Origin: Catajapyx aquilonaris
Lineage: Eukaryota
Direction: 5' to 3'
DNA length: 64,000 nucleotides
NCBI GenBank assembly: GCA_000934665.2
Contig: KZ537993.1
Span: 62,001 to 126,000 of the forward strand
Part shown: positions 36,401 through 51,400 of the stretch, piece after piece
Layout: the number at the start of each line of letters is the position of its first letter
Position numbering within the stretch: the stretch's first letter is position 1
Translations under genes and position numbers: made by a program
The notes under the pieces: model-generated
What the model was told of the DNA's origin: nothing
Seen by the model: the letters and a program-made list of their open reading frames with translations, nothing else
The model's database searches: none

Positions 36401-39400
36401 GGAGGGTGCCGCCACTTTTTTTTGCCATGACATTGCAATAGTTGGGCGGACACGACACCTTTGAGGGCCTGGGTAATGAACAAATCAATTTGGTCACTTT
36501 CAGAGGAAAATTATTGCAAATTTCGCAATATAAAATTTTTAAAACATGCAAAAAAATGCAATATTCGTCAAAGGAATAGGTGACGCATTGTGATAAGGAA
36601 ATGTGGTTGGTTAATGTTGGTGTTACACCTCTGTGGCGTATCGGATAAACAAGTGAGTAACTTACGCTGCAAATACCTTGAGAAAAAGACATGCGAAAAA
36701 GAGCGCTTAATTATGAGCGGAGTTTCATTCCTAGCTACATAATATCCGGATTCAACACCGTTGATAATCCTCGTGAGTGCGCAACAATCTCGTACAGGCT
36801 TGAGTACAAACGTAGGTCACATTGTCCTTCGTACAAAAAAAAAATCAGCATGAGTTTCCGTTGTAGATATCTCCCGGAAGTTGAGCAAGTGTCCTGAAGT
36901 GGGCTTCAGCTGAAGGAAGGTTGTCACTTCTTTTAGAGGTCACCGGTAGTTGGTCGATATTACATCGACACGATACTATCACCAATTAGTCACTCCCTCG
37001 TAACTTGTAGTTGCATCACCTGACAACTATAGTGACGAAACCTTCATTTCTGAAGGACTCTGGGGATTTAAAATATATAAACTGTACATACTTATATAAA
37101 AACTGAATAACTGACCTTGGCAACGCTGATCGTACGACTTAACCTTTCTTCCGTCAGAGGTTATGTAACAGTTAGTATGTGGCAAGCGTTAATTCAGCTT
37201 CCGGGTTACTCATAAAAATAATTCCGAAGATTACAAGGTTTAGAGACGCGTCACATATGCATGACGACGGACAGGTCGATTGGTTGGTACTTAAGTTGTT
37301 GTTGGCAATATGGTTTGTTTGTCACGACGATAGAGCGTGATGTAGATCAGGGATGGGTCCTTGTGGAATGGGTCTTAGCCCCTTGAATATTTGTAGTACA
37401 GCATTGATACGTGGACACATTTTATTACATAAGGAGCCACCGTTATTCAAATCAGCGTTATCAATTTTGCACGATCCCGTTTGCCTTAAACCTACAATAA
37501 CTCTGCTCTTACGTACACGAAACGGTGTCAAAAATGTAAATCGGGTCCAAAATTATACCCTTGACACAACACAGCCCCGGGACAAATTCCTATGCACTTA
37601 AAAGGAAATGGGTATCATTTCCTGCCTTGTGAGCTGTCGGATATTTTTCCCCAACACATACACCAGCGCAGAAATGAAGCGGAAATTCCAACTCCCAACT
37701 ACCATTCTGCGATATGTCTGTATGCAATTGGATCTGTCAGATTCGCGAAAGCCACTGTCGCTGAATAGCAACTTGCATAATCTGTTACAAGAACATCATA
37801 ATACGATCGTGGCGTAAGTGAATAGGACTCCCAGAGTAAGGGGTGGGAGGAGGGGGGTAGATTTGCAGACTCAACCTTGAAAGCTTGCCCGATTGCCTGC
37901 ACGTCACGGAGCCTTTATTATGTAAAACAGTCACACGTATTGCCTGTAATACTGTATGTGATATAGTGGTTGGTAGCGGGAGGTGTATGGAGGGAGGTGG
38001 GCGAGATTGGGGGGGATGGGGAGGTACTCCATGGGGAGACCTTGACTTTGACTTCTGTTGGGGAAGGACGTAATTGAATTATGGGTTATCGCTCTAGATT
38101 TATCAGCTGCGGGCAGTATTTCCAGGCGGATTAGTAAGCTGCGACGTACGTTGGGCGAACCGTATATTGCCCATTCTTTCAACAATGTAGGGTTAAAATA
38201 AGATGAATGCACAATGAACTATTGATGCAATTGTACATCACACTGTGGGGAATTTATTGGAAATTTAGGCTACCTAATTATTTATAGACCTACTCATAGT
38301 CTACATGGGCAGCAAGTTGCCCATATATTTTCGAAGTCAACTTTTTGAAATGTTTTATAGTAATAATATATCAAAAATGACTTCGCAATATAGTTAAGTA
38401 GCCTATTGCAATTTTGTAAATTTGAAAAAAAGAAAGGTAATTCAGATATGACCTCTAAAATCAACCTTTGATACATAAGCTGGAAATATATTTTCTATAT
38501 ATAAAAACAATAGCAGGAAGACCTTCAGTCTTATTGATAAGCTAACTGACGCGGGGAAAAATTCTTAGAAAATATCCGGGAAGTAGGATGACGTGTGATC
38601 TTCAAACCACATATCTGAAGCTGAAAATGACGACACCTATTGTTTCAGCGAACTGCACTAAGTACATATACCGGATATCGATTTTCGATATTCACTCGTT
38701 ACATCTGTGTTCCTAGTGAAACATTTCCCCCTCCCGTGTTTGCGTCCCTTTCAAATTGATAGATTTTCTTTTCTTTCTTCTTTCTCCCACACCATTCCCA
38801 ATATTCACAAACCCTTGAGCTTTCTTGTACAGTACCAGCCATTTTTCTTGGGAAATTTTTTGCAAATTGTGTTTCACCTTCATTAGAGCTGACACAGCAT
38901 CCATTGAGTAACCTTCGCCCTTTTGGCCACCTTTTGAAGCCCCCTGTCGACCTTGCCTTCTGCAGGAAGGTTGCTTCCAGGTTTACCCGACCTTCAAGTG
39001 ATTGCTTGTGTCTAACGGTGACGTCAATCGAGATTGACGGGATTCCGTGTCCTCTTGTCATTGGCGTATTCCACCACTCAGACTGTTACATTACAGTTTA
39101 TTATGCTGTGAAAACCGAGGAGTAATATTCAAGGTCACTAGTTATCCTGGCATGGGGTGCAACCTGCCAGGCGGGGGGGCGCATGTTCAGTAACTACGCT
39201 GCTGTAGTTACGGGTAGTCTTTGCTGTTGATGGCACACTCGGTTAGAAGCAACACACAATACAGCTCGTTTCCAAAACCAGCAATCATATTTACTTCAGG
39301 GCACTTGTTACATCACGAGCACATATTTGCTTTACATAAACCACAAGCCGTTTGTAGCTGGAACGGGCTCCAAATGGAGGATGTGACTGTTTTTGCACTC

Positions 39401-42400
39401 TTATAACACAAAACATCAGATGTTATTATTGATTTTAATTACATAGAGGGTGATTGGGGAGAGGGGGAGTTAATGGCATATAGGGAGAATGGATGATGAT
39501 TCCACCCCAAGGGAATAGAAGGGAAAAGTGATTGTCATGCAACCACCTTTGACGATCAGTTAATTAAATGCCTGAATAAAGAAATATCGCCTCGTGTAAT
39601 GCATCAAGTAATTATTTTGCCCATAAGTTTATAAATCAGCGTTTATCTTGACAGTAATTGCATAAAGTGAGTACAGTCCCGTGGTGCATGGTTCGCAAAT
39701 TATAAGGCACGTGTTTGCATTTTCAAAACATGGCAAGTTTTACAAGTTCAAACACCCCCATGAATGGAAAAGGATGGGCATCTAAAAATTCGATCAAGCA
39801 CTGCTTGCATAGAGTACACTCAGAAGATGTTAGAAAAAATTGGTGCGCGCAATAATGGTGCAGAAAGTTGTGTGTAAGATTGCTACGAGTGATGTAAAAT
39901 ATTATAATCAAAATATATGTCCATGTTCCTCTGGTATGCCTCTTCCTAGCTGGATGTTCCTTACGTTGTATATTATAGCTGGGAGAGACATTTTTAAAAA
40001 ACATATAGCCTATTATGAAATGGTATTGTATTGGGATAAATGTTTGAAGTCTGTATGATGCTGAAGGCCCACCATCCTTTCCCTTAGCAGCATCCGGGTG
40101 TTCATGTATGGTAAGCTAGAGAAAGGTATAGTTTCCCAGGGCCAGGAATTTACAGTAAACACAGGTTAGATAGTTATAATTTATTATTTTATAATTAGGG
40201 TGATTGACCGCCAGCAGCAGCCACCGCGCCGAGGTAAGAGAACCCAAGCTATATTTGCATATGGTTGTGAGTCGCAACCACATCCATATACAGTTCTACA
40301 AACACTATGCAGTAGCAAAAATTGCTCAATGCCACTAAATTGATATCCGTTACATATTGAAGGCTACCCAAAAACAGGATTTTCACTTACACCTCGGTTT
40401 GCCACACCACTTACCAAATTTCTGACCCCAGTTTTTCCTTTCTCCTCTCTCTCCCCTACCTAACCCTGAAACCCTGATGGGAAAAATTTCTCCCAAAGTC
40501 CTTGTTGGGGGATGGGGCGGTGCACTCCATCCATCCTAACCCACCCCCTTCACCTTCAAACATCACCTCCCCCACCACCCTCTAAACAACAACAAAAAAA
40601 GAAGAGCCTCCCTTTTCCGCAACTTTACTTTCACCACCACTCTCTCCGGTCCCAACCTTCCAAAAATCTTACCCCCCCCCACCCTCCACCCAGATTGGGA
40701 ACAAGCGACCCAAAAAGCCTTGCCCCTGATACCTAGGGCAGTAGGTCAGCTCCATTCTGAAGACCAAGGCGGGGGATCTTTACAGTTTCAGGGCTCATCC
40801 CACAGGAGAGAAAAGGGGAAGGAGAGAAAAAAAATGGGGTCAACATAGATCATTTTGGACAATTCGCTTCATTTTTTGTCAGGATATTGCTATCAATGCC
40901 CTTACACGATAGATGAGTGACATATGTGAGCTCGGTACAGGACAGCTTATCGCCATTTGTAGTACTCTTGCTATCATTGTAGGAGGCAAGCTAATTAATG
41001 GACGATTTATTAATAGAGACAGGCCTTGATTTGCGAGAGGCGCCATACCTCCGGATGCGTTCGGGGTCCTCGCTTCCGATAAGAGTTGGTGACGCAGGTG
41101 ATGAGGAAGGTACGCTGCAAATGAGTTGTGTAAGGAGAATAACAAGATAACAATGCAAACATTAGACAGAGAGTGGCAATCGTTTTGGCCTTGCACCCCT
41201 AGAAGAAGATAATAATAATAAGAAAGTGGGAAGGTTAAAGATGTGGTTGTGCTAATCAAGAGCAGAAAGCATAAAATTTGCAGGAATTGGACTGCATTGT
41301 GTACCGCAGAGGGTTGCCAAATATGTGCGTGTGACGTGAGGGACCGATGAGGAAACACAAAAAAGGTCATATCACAAAGCGGAGCAAGGACATCGAAGTC
41401 GTAAAATAGGCGGAACAAAGCTGCATGTTAGACGCGATTATGTGGAACCTGTTTAAGGTGGAAAGTCAAGGAGGCACCGAAATATTTTAAGAAAGCTCCT
41501 CAATGACACGTTTTTTTTTGGTCAGACTTAAAATAATCACATTGCAATATTTTGCAGAAATGCGCGAGTTTGTATCTAAGGTAAAGTTTCATACTATAAT
41601 TTTTCTGAGCGGAAATTTAATGTACAGTATTTTATAATCATAGCACTTGATGGCATTGTAATTTTCTATTCGTAGAAGCAATAATATCTTAAGTGCTCCA
41701 CATGCTGTCGGGGAATTTTATAGGCATGTTTTCGTGCGCGTTTAAAACCAGTATTGCACCATGGTACTACGTCGGATTAAATTACAATAGCTCTGGAGCA
41801 CCGGATGAAGTAAGTTAAAAGTGGCATATACCGCACATTCAAGGTCTCGGTCACAGCTATATCTCTTCTCAGAAAACCGGGCAAACGTATCTGCGCCATC
41901 ACTCCCCCCTCTTCGTCGGTGAATACAACCAGTACGCTCTACTTTGCATCGGATCATTGTCTGATTGCCCCATACCAAGCAGCGCATATGTCTGGGGTAA
42001 CATAACGTCGCCTTTATTTTATATACTACATATTATACTTATTAGAAAAGCGAGTTATAGTAATCTACGTAATATCTAGCGTCATGAAGTTATACTGTAT
42101 ATACAGGGTGAGTTTATATAAATTGCCACGTAAATAACACAGGCTACTACGCATCAATTTATATTACAACATACATTTGTTAAGTGTTTACGGCCTGCAC
42201 AAGGATAAAAATGTACTATATTATGTATACGCCAGTTCTCGCAATAAAATTTAAGACTTTGAGGAAAACAAGCGATTTATTTATTTCTGAAATATATTCA
42301 TGTTACAATTGACTAGCTGTGCTCCCTATACACAGTCAATGCTCTCTCTTCCAGAAGTGGGGATTATTAGCTTATCTGCAAGCGCCACCTTTTCCGAGTT

Positions 42401-45400
42401 CAATGAAGCATCATGCATCAACCACTCACCATGCATAATACCTTTTAAGAAGCCCAGAATTTAATTCTGCACATCACTTACCATGAAAAATGTGTAGTGT
42501 GATTTATTAAATTTGTGAAGATATATTATTTTGCCAATATATTTATTTTTATGATGTTACACCAATAGTACCTGTATACTGTACCTGCTTCATAATTTGT
42601 AATGTCTCTGAGGCACAATAAGCATCTCCATTAAATTCTTTGGCACCCATGTTGCCACAAGAGTCTGAGTCACTGGAGCTAGTAATAGTGCCCCTGCAAA
42701 TTAATGTTGGAAGTGGTTTCGGAAGCTGCCGACACGACGCCTGAAAAATATTTGACAAAAGGAACGTGGCCTTAACCTACTTGCGCCTTGTTTCCTTGTG
42801 CCAGGTATAGCTCAACTCCGCGCGACAATAGCTGTTAGGGGCCCCGTCGCTGCCACTAGGACCCCAAATGTTCCACAGTTTTTCGAATGGGAGGTTGGGG
42901 AGACAGGGGGAGACTTTCTCAACTAATGTGGTCGACTTGACTGTCCATTAGGAAGTGTCCTTTACTGCTGGTTTATTGTGAATTTAGGCCATGTCCGCCT
43001 CCGCATTTAGGCTCATTCGCCGTCATTGGCACAATATGTTCCAAGGGACGACTGAGGTGTCCCCCACCCTCCCGTGTCCCAATTTGTGTCAACCGGCCCC
43101 AGTCAAGTACATTGGAACTTGCTACCAGATTTATTTTTGGAGCTCGCAATTGCACTATTGCACAGCGGGACAATGGGAAATATACTCTCGTCTAATCGTC
43201 TACAGTATACCTAAAGAGGAACACGTACAGTTACTTGGAGTTTTATATGTTGGCTATTTTTTCTCGCACAATTTACTACAAGGGTGTAGTGGTATTCTCA
43301 TCAGGCGTTTTTACTTGTCATCCTGCTAATTAATGCCATGCTATTTTGATTCGCGTAATATATTCATGTAATACTTCAACTAATTATCCGTAATGCATTC
43401 CGTTATACAAGTCAATGTGATTATATTTCCTCCAATGACTCTTCATTAATTCCCTGATTAATATACAGTGTACAATATTCTTACAGTAGCCTACGTTGTA
43501 CAGCTTACGTTTTCTCTCTATCTTCCCCATTTAGGACATTTAAAATAATAAGCAATTGACGTTTTCCAACCCGCTTATATTAATTTCACAAACAAATACA
43601 GCAAGGCCATCCCTCTTCATACATGACTCCTACAAGCCCTGTTGGCCTAAAATATTGCAACAACCCCCCAAAATCTCGCAATAAACCAGCCCCAGGGCCG
43701 AAAAAAATCGAAAACGTTCTAGTTCCTCCGCGATTGCGAGACCCATTACCCCCTACATGGCCATGTGTGGGAGTGCACACGTGCGAAGGAGTATGAGCCC
43801 CTCTGTGTGTGTGGTGTGTGTGTGTGTGTGTGTCGGGTAGGGGGGAGGCACGCCATGTGAAGCCTCCGGGCCTTGACCCACTCCCAAGTGCCCTCCACAT
43901 CCACCCAGCCCACACCCCTAAAAGTCTTCAGTCAATAAAGATTAGAGAGCTAGAGCTGCCCCCTCTGCGACGGCGTGAGTCCCTTAAAAAAAATTACCCA
44001 CCGGTAGTACAGTTTAGCAGATCGACCTCCAAGTTTCATGGCCGGTCTACGACCAATACTGCTCACGTCCTTGTTGACGCCCTTATCCAGCTTTAGAGCC
44101 ACCATATACTGTACACTTCTACTTCCCAAAATAGGCCATGCAAGTGTACGTAATGCGACTCAAGACCGTTTGTTATTTGGTGAATGTACACCAAAATGTA
44201 ATTGAACGAACTATTTTTGATGTGAAGGTGTATTTTTATAGGTTGATTTCAGAGGTCGTGTCACATTCGGAATATTAAGCACGGGGTGGTTGTACTGTAC
44301 GGGGAGGCTCCGGTTGAAGGCGGCGCGGTGGGAGACGGTTGCCTAGGAGACGTTTGGTCAATCACCCTGCTGTATTTTTATTCCTCTGGAAGGATATACT
44401 AGTTGGGGCGATTAGAACCTGTTTTTTGTACTTTGAAATGTAACGACTCCCAAAATCCCTCGGTGCATGAGTCGGCGGCTTGGGTTTTGGGTGAATATAC
44501 TATTGATGGGGCCAGAGGAGGAGGATGAACCCAAAGTGCATCCACACATTTTGATTCCCGACCATGACCTCGTAGAAACTTCTGGTAACCGGTGTGCAAT
44601 GTTGAAGGGTCAGAATTTGCTGCTTGACCAATGATGTCGCCATGATTCCAGCACTGACACTAAGTTCAAGTTGTTCAACCAATAGCATTTGGATAGTACA
44701 TAGTAGTGTTAGAAATAACCACCGTCAACCATAACCCCTGAGTCAAACCCTATCATATTCTACAATTCGTTTCCATTAAGCAACCTTCACCGTGAAGATG
44801 TTTGCGGTCGGATTCGCTGTAAATATCTCGCAACAGCAGCTGCATGCACTATGTCATGAGTGTGTGTGACTCAGGGGGGCTTGCAACCGATTTCTTCAGT
44901 CCCCCTCCCTCCCATTCGCATGTGGCGCGTGTATATTCCAAAAATAAATACTACCACACCCTGACAATGAAACACAAAAGTTGAGTCGGGGAGGTATACC
45001 ACATGTGTCGCATCCTCCAACAGAGTTTATCAACCTGAAAAGGGTGACTTTACACGAGACATCGAACCGGACACACAAAAAAAATAAAATCACAATGTCA
45101 CCAGTTTAACCTTCGGTGGTATAGTGCACTATAGTGCGGTATAGTGCACCACTCGAACATAGCAACATGCAAATGACCATCCCATTGCATGAAACATGTT
45201 GAAGTCTCGACACTGAGACTGCACCGATGCACCGATCAGATGTAATATCACAGACTCAGTGCTTATTCAACTTGATCGACCGAATCAGAATGGAATAAAC
45301 TCTTAGTCGACTGGGCTATTAGACGCCGATGCAATTTTGCAATGTCTAGAAACACGTGCCGGTATAGGCTAAGGTTGCAAAGATAAAACTGAGGAGATGG

Positions 45401-48400
45401 ACACGCGCAGCAAGGGCAATAAATAGCAATACATTGCAAAACACCCCCCTGGTACGTTGCCCTTCATAAAAAAAATGAAAAAAAAAACATACCGTATGTG
45501 GTTTAATTTTTTAGGCGGCTCTTCCTGTTTAAAACAGCACATGTCACATCATAAATAGGGGGGCCAGGCTCCATGTGTGTCAATGCTACTGTCCCAAAAA
45601 TAATGTCACCAAGTTCACCGCGCTCGTAAAACGCGGTCGTAAATGTGTAAATTTTTTTCACGGTTGGCTACAAACCGAGCGTGTGGCTGATTGCAAATGA
45701 TGTGAAAATGTTTCACGCCTAATTACACCCGAAGGCTGTGCTTTTTTTCCTCGCAGTTTTGTTTCCTTTTAAAACAACAAGGCCGAATCCGTGCGTGGTG
45801 ATGCGCGAACTTGACCTGAGAGGTCACAAACCCCCGATTTACTATTGGTGATTTAACTTCATTATACTACTTTCATATAGGGAAATTGTTTATTTTCACA
45901 AAATTTTGTGTATGTTTATTACAGTACAGTATTTCAATTTTAATATTACCATATATTTTGTGTTAATTATTATTTGAAGCAACATGGGCTGAGTGTACTG
46001 CAGTGTTCAAGAATTTGGAACTGTCGTTTTCAGCCTGGACAAAGGGGGCCAACCAGCCCGACCTTGGCCCCCTTCTTAATATCACTCTCGTCACCACAAA
46101 ATTAGAGAAACTGGTGGCCCCTTGGAGCTTCCCTTTTAGCCCGAGTCAACCCCCTGTGGCGCTAGGAATGTGTTAAAAAATCGCTCATTATTTCGTCGCT
46201 CGTGGCTTCTCCCTAACGATACTTGTTCCAACTCTAATAATTTACAAAACGGCGTGAGAGTCAAGGATTTTTGAGGTCGAAAGTTCGAGGTGCTAAGCGA
46301 TTATGGTGTGGACTAACCAATTACTGGTAGTGGGTGAGAAGCTCTCGAGTCCTAACACAAGTATAGCAGGGAATTCAATTGGCCGTTGAATTGGCGGCAG
46401 GGGTCAATTAAGCTCACTGTGAATCAACGTGACGTCTCATTACCATTGACATTCCAATTAGGCTGACTGCATGAAGAGTAATCATTGGGTGGGAAACTAG
46501 GAAATCGGGGAGTACTGCGAGCTTCTACGAACTTGTCCTCTGTAGTTCTTGGTAATTACGGGTGATGACAGTCACGCGGGGGTGATGAAGTTTCGCAGAA
46601 TGGCAATTCATCAATTGGAGCGTTTTTCAGTATTATGCAGGATATTCTTGGGACATATGCTCTTTGTAAGAAATGGCACTGTAAGTCCTTGAGAGATTCT
46701 ACTTCATCCTGATTGTATAGGCAACATGTACGCTTCTCCTGTTCACAGAGTGTATGCTTCACAGGCGCAACCACGACTCAGTATTACGAGTTTTGCCCTT
46801 GTAATGTATGTACTGTACAGTACTGCAGCCTAATATTGCATCACTCTTATTGGACAATAAACAGTCACCTGTAGAAGTGTGGATTCAGCTCTGAACAGGT
46901 TTCATTGCACCATGATTAAATTTTACTCCGTCGTTTAATAATCGTGCTGACGGAAATTGACTTGCGAAACAGGAAGGTTGTATCAGTGTGACCTTGCAAA
47001 AATCTTTGATAGCTTATGCGCGCTGTTTGACTCACAGCGCACAGTTTATCGAACTCTTCATTTGCTGATTGCACTAGTCAATCCTTACTCGTGAATGATA
47101 TTTTGCTTTTTATGTTATATTTATATAAGGCACTATTATACCATTTATATTTTATAATAGATTTATTATTTATATACAGTAGGCTACTTTTAATTTTGAA
47201 TATTGTCTTTGGCAGGGAATTGGCGATTTATTCTGGTTTTGTCATATACTCGTATGTGGCGAAGAATTCATCCACACTTGACACTTCCGACCTTCTATCG
47301 TTTCCATCTTAAAGACCTTCTTTCTCAATATCTCCTCGTTAGACCGAATTATCAAGCATGAGCACTTCTGACCTTGGAGCCCTGTCCCCATCAGTTGCAT
47401 TGAAACAATAACGTGAAGACCATATGCGACCCCTGCCCAAGGTAATAATGTAGGGAACAAAGAACGCTCGACACGTCAGCCTTCTATACTCCAGATATCA
47501 ACATACGTCAGTGATCTGGTAATTTTTTTCTCTACCCCCCAATACACGACACCTGAAAGTCACCTGTTGTCGAAAAACATGCATTGTATTGTACCTCTCG
47601 ATAGAATTCTAGAAAAGTGGCGCCAACTTTGCGCCCAAATCAAGGCCTCTGAAAGTTGGCCCCGAAATGAGGGATGACCTTCGAGCGCATGCTCTTTTTT
47701 TATTACTATATGCCTTCCAGAATGGCACTTCCTAAGCTTTTGCAAACTTAAATTGCTATTGATCATGAGGTATATAGCTAGAGGGCAAAAGAGGACGTGG
47801 GATATGGTTGCGTCACTTTTCGCAAGGATTCATTGGGGACTGTGTCGTCGTCCGAATGCACGATAAGCTTATAGTCTTTCCAAGAAGAGTTTATTGATCT
47901 TATTATATGCGTACTTTTATAGCTATGCGAGGTCAAAATATAGCAGAATTTAGACACACACGCATGTCCGATATGACCTGTAAACACGCACTACGCATTA
48001 CAAAACATAAAAAACACGACCTTGTTTACCTGTCTAACGACGTACCTTTTGTCACAGTTTGCGACCCCTTTACATGGCCTCCAGCTAAAAAAATATTCAA
48101 TGCATTTTTGCGTGACAATCAACCGCGTCATCGTATTGCAAATACGCGCAAAAATCTGACGTGACGCGCGCGATATGGTGCAAGATTTAAGATGCGCCGT
48201 CTACGTTTACCACTATTTTTAGCACCATAAACTGGTGGCGATCTTGGCATTGTATAAACAAGGTGTCCTTCAGCACCCAGGAGGCCCAATGCTGTGTGAG
48301 ATATATGTACACACAAGACGCGCACAAGTAGGATCCGATTCATGCTCGCGATTTTTTCTCCTTGCGTAAATATCCCGGGCGTTGCGGCGTACCGCGAATT

Positions 48401-51400
48401 CACTTACGCGCACATATTTTTTTTAATGCATTCGCCGCAGTGTGGAGTCATCGTGGGGGTCTATTTTAGGCATGCTTTTCAATACACTGTGGTAGACAAA
48501 TTGTAGGAGGTTTTGCATGTATGACCAAGGTGAAGCGGATCGTTAGTCAACAAGTTTGGAGGTTGACAGTAGTTGTTGACTAGAAGTAGCGGTAAATCGT
48601 CACGACGAGATGATTTACTGATATGGAAAGTGTATTGTGGAGATTTTTCACCCTCCCTTGCCCATGTAATAAAAAAAGACATGCAAAATGTCAGGTTTGG
48701 CTTGATGCGATGAACGGAACAATGCCTTGAACAGAATTGTTCGAGTGTGAAAATATGATAGGTTTCACAATAATACCGAAATAGAATTTTGTATGAAGAG
48801 TAAGCCTATAATATATTTAATTGCGTTGCGTATTTGTCAGAAAACCTAGTCAATTTTATTACTCAGAAGGTACAGGTTGAGCAATCCTGTATGGTGGACG
48901 GACTCTGTTTGTATTGTTGACTTTAAAATTCAATTGCTGAAGTGCTTATCACTGTTCAAATACCTGTGCATGTGACATATTCATGGAACCATTCGTTTTA
49001 TCTCATTATTACACTTTCGATTTTTGTTTACTTAGAAACATATACATTCAGCAGGATACATCCGGGGACACGTCACATCCTCCCTTGACTATAATGATTG
49101 TCTATTATTTTTACGATATTTGATCACTGCTTTCAGGATGCGCAGCACTAGCTTATTTATGGACCCGGACTTCTACTTAAATTCCCCTATTTTTATAGCA
49201 CGCTATTTGTTTACCAGAAGCGGGCACTAACAGCCTTAATTTCAGGGCTTATTTTTACATCAAAAACACCGAATATTTCGTGGCAAAAAATCATCAATTT
49301 TCTCCTTGAAATACCGAAGCGCTCGGCTTTCCGATCAGCCTTCCCCCAACAATCCTGTCCCGTCCGCACCCATCGCCCATATCGGACGGCCGTCCAATAA
49401 GTGTCCAACCGATGCGTGCACACGTCGTCCACATTGTTGGAATACTGTAAGCGGCAGTGTTTGAATGCAACTAATCTTTTGTGTTGAGTCGACCTTCCTG
49501 TGCTCTTCGGGGAAGGCGGAAAGGCATTGACGTCATGGGCGCTAGATCGGGGAGGGGGTCCTGAAAACCGCAGAAGAGAAGGTCAAAAGGTGGGTGTTGT
49601 AGGGAACGGTCAGGGGTTGTCCTCTCTCCCTCGAAAAACACTTCCTACTCTCTTACACCCGCCCACCTATCAAGGTGATTGCCCAATTCTGACTCTTTAA
49701 TTCAATCGAGACTTTCGTCCTTCTCTGGTCGCGTGACAAGGACTTCTGTCTCTTTTTTTTGTTGGGGGCTCTCAGGGATGAGGTGGTTGGTGGTTGGTGG
49801 TACCGGAAGAAAATTTTAACAGTCGACTTTGTGTGAATAACAGCTCGTAATGTTGTCCTCGCTGTGACGGTAAACAATGCAAGGAGACTGGGAAATATGT
49901 AATAAATTGCATCCAGATCGTGGTGATACGTGTAATAAATTGAGGGTTGTTGTTGTTTATAAATGACTGGTTAAGTACACAGCAATTTTAGGAAGTAGAA
50001 ACGCATGCTGTATTTTTTACTCCTTAAAAGTTTACTCATTTAAAAGGACTGAGAACATCGTACGATTGTAGTTTCCGCCACTAGATAGGCTTACTGGATA
50101 TGTGGTCAATGTGACATTCAGATTTTCATCCTGCCTGATATATTTACACGTAAAGGTCACGCTATTTTCGAGATAATAGAATTTTTTGCGTGGTATCTAG
50201 CACTTCCTCCCAACTGCCATGTGTATCGTTTGCATATTTTTAATTAGCTTGTTACAAAGATAAGTCATTGACAATTCGCTTTACTGATCTCATGGCTACA
50301 AGGCTGTGACCTCGCGGTCGTCTACAATTAATTCGTGGTGGTGGTGTGTCCTCCGCCCACGTATTAGTTACAAGCAGAGGTCAGTGGCAAAGTTGGACTT
50401 GGTAACTGCCTTGGCATTCGGTAAACATTTCCTGCTAGCAGATAACCAAGGTTCAGGGATAAACTACGTCCTTATGCTCCACTTTAAGCATTTAATTATG
50501 GCGCGATAAAAAATCAGGAATCTTCATTGTCAGCAGGAAGAGGTGAGAAAATATCAAAAAGGCATTTTTTTTGTCTTTAGGCAGTACACTATTTGTTTGC
50601 GGGAGTTAACCAGAGCTGCTGGACAGTGTTTAGAAAAACATGACGATAAGTCGGAATGTGGAGCAAGGACTGAGGAAAGGAAGAATGTGGGTGAAGGAAA
50701 AGAGAAGAGGAGCTGGCATGCCACGCACGTGCACTGAAAAATCCCTTGTGCTATACAACCCCGATGCAGTTGTCTCCAAGGCGACACCGATACTTGACTG
50801 AATATTTGAGAAGCACGAGTTACAGTGATGCGTGATGCAGTATTGAAATTATTTAAGTTATTAGTTGATTCGAATTTGTGCTGGAAATTCTGTACAACAA
50901 ATGTCGTTGCAATATCAAAAGCCACAGTTCAAGCCACAATAATATGTGCCAGTAAATGAATAACTTACTTGAAATATAGCGCCGTAAGAACTAAATATTA
51001 TAATAATTGCATATTTCAAATATTTAAAAATATGCCAGCATTACACGTATAAAAATAGGATAATACAACATGCAAAATATTGTGTTATAGCCTAATGTTA
51101 AAATTACATTTATTAGACAAATTATACTAAATGAAAGTCGTTTCTTATCATGACACTCTCACTGACTGCTGAATTTAGCACCACTTACTACATGACATGT
51201 GTTTCCATTGTAAACCCTATCTAGAGCTGAGAACTCTTTCATGACCTTCAAAAGATATCATATAAGGCTCTATTACTCAATCTTATAAACTTGTTTTCAT
51301 ATAATAAATGATATTGGCAAGCACTTGAGAGAGCCTGACCTATCCAATCATGTACTGTACGAGATCGCCTGAAGAAGTGCGTTTTTTTATCATTTGAAAA